Shown here piece by piece: positions 59,743 to 64,000 of a stretch of 64,000 nt of DNA. How positions within the stretch are numbered: the first letter of the stretch is position 1; each line of letters starts with the position of its first letter. The notes beneath the pieces are model-generated. The model worked only from the letters and a program-made list of their open reading frames with translations. It was not told the origin of the DNA and ran no database searches. Source of the DNA: Chrysemys picta bellii. Lineage: Eukaryota. Location of the stretch: the NCBI RefSeq assembly GCF_011386835.1, contig NC_088795.1, forward strand, positions 7,068,001 through 7,132,000, given 5' to 3'. The position numbers were made by a program, and so were the translations under genes.

Positions 59743-60200
59743 AGAAACTAACAGGTGAAAGAAGCTTGAAGTCCTTGTACTCAAGTTACAATGGAAGACC
59801 AACAAGAGTTCCTAACCCAGACCCCACAGGCAGCCCAGCACAGGACATGAGGATAACTGTGACTCATTGTAACCCATCCACACCACCCAGCCTGCAGTCC
59901 CTTGCCCATTACTGTATCCTCTTGTTGTGGCTACCGCTGGCCGCTTCCAGCAGCCGGCTGCTTCTCACCCCAGCTCCCAACCTGCTTGCTGCCTGACCTT
60001 CCCTCCCTCTCCCTCACTGCAGTTTTGGCCCACTGCTCCTGCTCACATGTTAGCTCTGACTCTCTGTCCAGTCCCTCTGACCTCAAGAAGTTATTTCCCT
60101 TTCTTGTATTCTTGGTATCATGGAGCCCCACTGACTGGTGGATGAACAACCTAATGGCTCACTAGACCCTTTCCCAGCGGCTCAGCAGAGGTAGAGGGAA

Positions 60201-60400
60201 GGGAGGGATAGCTCAGTGGTTTGAGCATTGGCCTGCTAAACCCAGGGTTGTTAGTTCAGTCCTTGAGGGGGCCACTTGGGGAGCTGGGGCAAAATCAGTA
60301 CTGGGTCCTGCTAGTGAAGGCAGGGGGCTGGACTCAATGACCTTTCAGGGTCCCTTCCAGTTCTAGGAGATGGGATATCTCCATTATTATTATTATTATA
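60201..60400 (+). mobile_element. Tortoise-type polIII/SINE, full length
   Basis: GGGAGGGATAGCTCAGTGG (A box), GTTCAGTCC (B-box variant), CR1-like GGTCCCTTCCAGTTCT tail and a (TTA)n end. Confidence 0.9.
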
Positions 60401-60879
60401 ATAAGCCAGCAGGTGTCTGAAGATCTGTTTCTGAAAACCTTTGGAGATTCTGGGGGGTGGGGACCCAGCTTTTCTTTTGCAGTTGTGGAGGGCTCCTTTG
60501 ATCAGATCCCTAAACGATGGTCTGGAGTGCAGGAGCCCTGTTACAGTTGCTGTGCTCCAGGCCAGAAGTGGCTGCACTTCGGGAGCAGACAGAGTAATAT
60601 GACAAAACACAATAGTTTTTAAAGAACTGGGTGAGGTGGTTCCTGTTCGCTGGGAAACCAAGTTAAACAAAGTCTTAGTAACTCTACAAAATCTTTCGGA
60701 GAAAGCTGCCTCTTCTGAAGAAGAAGCCCAAATTAATTAGCATTCTAGGTAATCAGGACTGCACAGAGGTAGTGAATTAAATTCTACTTTTATTATTAAG
60801 GTATATAACTTATTTTTAAAGGAGCCAGTATTGTCTGTTAGCTTGACTACTGACTGTGAATAGTAAGTCTTAGGTTCTA

Positions 60880-61045
60880 TCCTTGCTTCTGCCACTAGCC
60901 TGCTGAGTGATCTTGGGAAAATCATTTCACCTCTCTGCCTCAATTTCCCTTTTTGTAAAAGGAGGAGGAGGAGGATGACCTCTTGGGGAAGCACAATGAG
61001 ATCATCTCCTGATGAGAAGTGCTGTATAAGATCTAGGTATTACTA
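60880..61045 (+). mobile_element. CORE-SINE (MIR-like)
   Basis: CTGAGTGATCTTGGGAAAATCATTTCACCTCTCTGCCTCAATTTCCCTTTTTGTAAAA CORE plus tail GAGATC...GATGAGAAGTGCTGTATAAGA. Confidence 0.7.
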
Positions 61046-62849
61046 CCCACTAAAATAGATCAAAAGGCAGGTTAGGTTACATACGTAAAGAGCCAGGCTG
61101 CTTCATTCAAGAGACATGGTAACTCTTGAAGTTACTTAAACAGCTCAGACTGGAACAATCCTCCTTTTCCCAATGCATGGCTTTAACCATGGATGTTGTC
61201 TTTGATCCTACAGACTGCAGGGCTTTTCAGATCCTGGGCAGGTTTTCAAAAGTGCTGTTAGCAGCTGTCATTGGGAACAATGGGGAAGGACTTCCCCACT
61301 GAGAACAACGGGAGTTGCTGGGTGCAGAGCAGGTTTGAAAATCCAACTGTGCTGCTTTAGACTGTATTCTATCAAGGGACTTATCCGAAGGTTCAGGTAG
61401 AACAGGCATATCGACCGCCCCGCGGCAGGCATTCTGCCTGTAGGAATGCGTCACTTAATCATTATTCTGTTCAGGTGTTTGGTCCAAAGTTCAAGGGGAA
61501 ACAGAGAGCTGGACATAGGTTAGATTTCCCATCTGACTATGACTGGCTTGGCTTTTCTTGCAGTCACAGACTTCAGGTGTGGGGTTGTCTGAATTCATCT
61601 CAACTCAGCAAAAATGGGCAGACACCCTCCTGAATTAACCTCAGAGGGGTAGAGATGCCTTTATCTAGTGTAGGGGGTAATTCTGCCACTCACTGAAACC
61701 GAGTTGCCAGTTCTCGGCTTTCACTAAGTAAAATCTCAGAGTCTTTTTACTTCCCGCCTGAAAATTATGCCATAGCTCCCTGTTGCCAGGTTTTGCTGTG
61801 CTGCACTTACACCTGTTACTGTCAGCCTCACCCCCATCTTCTTTCCCATCTGCTTTCCTTCTCATCTTTCTCTCTGACAGAGTCAGGGCTTTGCTTTCTC
61901 TCTGACAGAGAGCTCCGCTTTCTGTTTCACTTCTAGGAATCTTTCTCTCTTCACAGAGCTGCCTTTTCAAAAGGTGGATCTCATCCGCTTTCCCACAGAC
62001 ACTGCATCGCGCTGGAGTGATGAGGCCTTTTCAACACTTTTCTTGTCAGCAATGACCTGGGTTGAAAAACAGTCCACTTTATCTATGTACCATGTTATCC
62101 AAGCACCTCACAGTCATTTTCACACCCTGGGTCATTCTGACGGTACCCCTGCAAGCTTGGGAAGTTCTGGTACCCTCATTAGGTGAATGGGGAACAGCAG
62201 TAGAGAGACTAAGGGCCAGTTCCTTGGGTATTTAGGTACCTAACTCTCGTTTGAATTCAGCCAGAGTGAGGCACCTAAATTCCTTTTGAGGATCCGGGCC
62301 AGACTGACTTGCTCAGCATTATACAGGAAGTCTCTGACACAGGAAATTTAACACAAGCTTTGTGAGTGGTAGGCTAGTACCTTAACCACTAGACCACCCT
62401 GCCATTCTACTCAGTACGTTCTATTCCTGCTTAGAAACAAAAGCCAAAACCTTGCTCACACTAAAACCCCGGGTTGAATCAGTATCAGGGAACACAGTTA
62501 AACCTCCCCTTTAACTCTCATTTGGCCAGTTTCACCTTTTTTCATCATGGGCCTCTACATGGGTGCTATGAAAATCTTAGTAACTTTCAGGAATATTGTA
62601 GGTGGCCTGTTAAAAATTATATCATAGTCTAAAAGTTAGAATGCAGGTTCCAAAAACTATGAACTCCCTCTTTTGCTTTTGTTAAGAATTCTCTTGCATT
62701 GACTTCATATGTTAAGTCCATGCCAACGCCCCTCCACGTAAAACCATCAGTTTACTTATTAGATCATGAATCAGTGATAATATATGAAACTTGTTTTTTT
62801 TCTTCAAGGTTAAGCAGCATGGCAAGTTCCCATACTTGTAAAATGGTAC

Positions 62850-63650
62850 ATTCTTGACTGCCATTTGTCTCGCTTCCTCCCAGTACTTTCCCCATCACAT
62901 GCACATTGAGGGGGAGGGGCAGTTTGCCTACCGCGTTAAAGCACACACGCTCCAAAAGGGCATCTGTGCTTCTGCCAGCCGCCGGCTCGACGTGCTCGCT
63001 GCAGCTGTGGCAACAAGGCCCAGTAGCGTGCGCACTGATGAGAAAACCGCAAAGCAAACAGAAGAGCAGCCGCCTCGTGTATTTAGGATTCAGCCGGCGC
63101 ACAAAACTGAACGCGCCCCTTCTGCTTTGACGTTATCTACAGGTTCAATCGACAATATGCTGATTCTATCATAATGCAGAAAATTGGTTAATTCCCTCTG
63201 GAAATTTACAATAAATATAATTCTCCCCTGGAACTGCTCTTGCTGCTTCCTTTGATTGGATGATGCTATCTCCTTTATTCTTAAGCGAGGCACAAAGAGA
63301 GCATTTAATAGCAGCGTATGTACATTTATATAAAACTGCACATTTTAGGTGCAAACTTTAGTCTCTCTATAAATATTGCCATGTGAAAATAATTAGAGTT
63401 GGGCGCCAATCCAAAGTTAAGCGATTACTACCTGTGCGGCATGTTCTTGTTTGAAAGTCTCTGGTAAATCATTTGCACTTCCCCCGCCTTCCACTGGCAA
63501 AATGTGTTGCCTCCTTTAGACATTTCTGTTAGTGCCGTCCCGAAAAGAGGCACTGGAGTGTAATTCCAGCAGTGAGGTCATGCTGGCCGCTACTGTGACG
63601 TCACTCACGCTTCGGGCTGCTTTGTCAATTATAGTGACGCAGCATGCTGC
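62850..63650. promoter_or_regulatory. Candidate cis-regulatory/conserved non-coding block, CpG-enriched
   Basis: About 17 CpGs in 62930-63120 in non-repetitive sequence, palindromic CRE GTGACGTCAC (core 63596-63603) and an AT-rich TAAT-containing middle. Function is inferred only. Confidence 0.4.
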
Positions 63651-63885
63651 GAGTACTTGCCTGGGGAAGACATTTCTGATAGTAGGGGACGCTCTAGTTC
63701 AGCAGGTGGCGGTATAACAAGATAGACAAATTGTGACTGAGAGTAAGGGACCATTTTTACAGGGAGGGTAATTAACCATTGTGTATTCTCCGCCACTTGG
63801 AGTCTTGAAATCAAAACTGGGTGTCTTTCAATAACTATACTATCGCTCAAACAGCTAGTCCTGCATCGAGTCCATAATAACTAGG

Positions 63886-63965
63886 TGGAATTCTGTGGCC
63901 TGTGTTATTCAGGAGGTCAGATTAGATTGTCAGACTCATCACTTCTGGCCTTGAAATCTATGAAC
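63886..63965 (+). mobile_element. CR1-type 3' tail fragment
   Basis: CAGGAGGTCAGATTAGAT...CTTCTGGCCTTGAAATCTATGA. Confidence 0.55.
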
Positions 63966-64000
63966 TTCCTACAGTTCAGCACATTTATTGGCAATATGCA

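Noticed and set aside
60201-60275. tRNA gene
   Set aside because: The tRNA-like head continues into a CR1-type tail and lacks a proper cloverleaf, so it is a SINE. The same applies to 23400-23487 and 20335-20400.
63035-63060. CTGATGAG hammerhead-like core in the CpG-rich block
   Set aside because: There is no helix II followed by GAAA at the required spacing.
63107-63118. 12-bp match to 5S rRNA (CTGAACGCGCCC)
   Set aside because: The match is isolated with no flanking 5S or AmnSINE homology, so chance is the likely explanation.

Overview
Vertebrate genomic DNA, almost certainly a turtle (Testudines), judged from tortoise-type polIII/SINEs, turtle-type CR1 tails and Penelope-like elements. 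I found no host protein-coding exon, so the window reads as intronic or gene-desert DNA made of layered transposable elements plus several unique, conserved-element-like blocks. The only credible protein-coding sequences are retroelement-derived: (i) a very young, 5'-truncated Neptune-type Penelope-like element (17484-19527) with an uninterrupted RT + GIY-YIG frame, a perfect 187-bp inverted pseudo-LTR pair, a 13-14 bp target-site duplication and a minimal hammerhead ribozyme motif in each pseudo-LTR; (ii) a young CR1 RT fragment (25517-27123, minus strand); (iii) decayed CR1 and L2-like fragments. The most interesting pattern is the hammerhead-bearing PLE system: the autonomous-type copy plus three ORF-less hairpin derivatives from two pseudo-LTR families. 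Next come a four-hairpin Harbinger MITE whose stems covary between two copies, LF-SINE-like relics (one ending in a consensus splice donor) and a CpG-rich putative regulatory block near 63 kb. Family names come from motif recognition and remembered consensus sequences, not database searches. Boundaries of old repeats are approximate. Most of this fits known element classes; I cannot claim an undescribed system without the checks listed.
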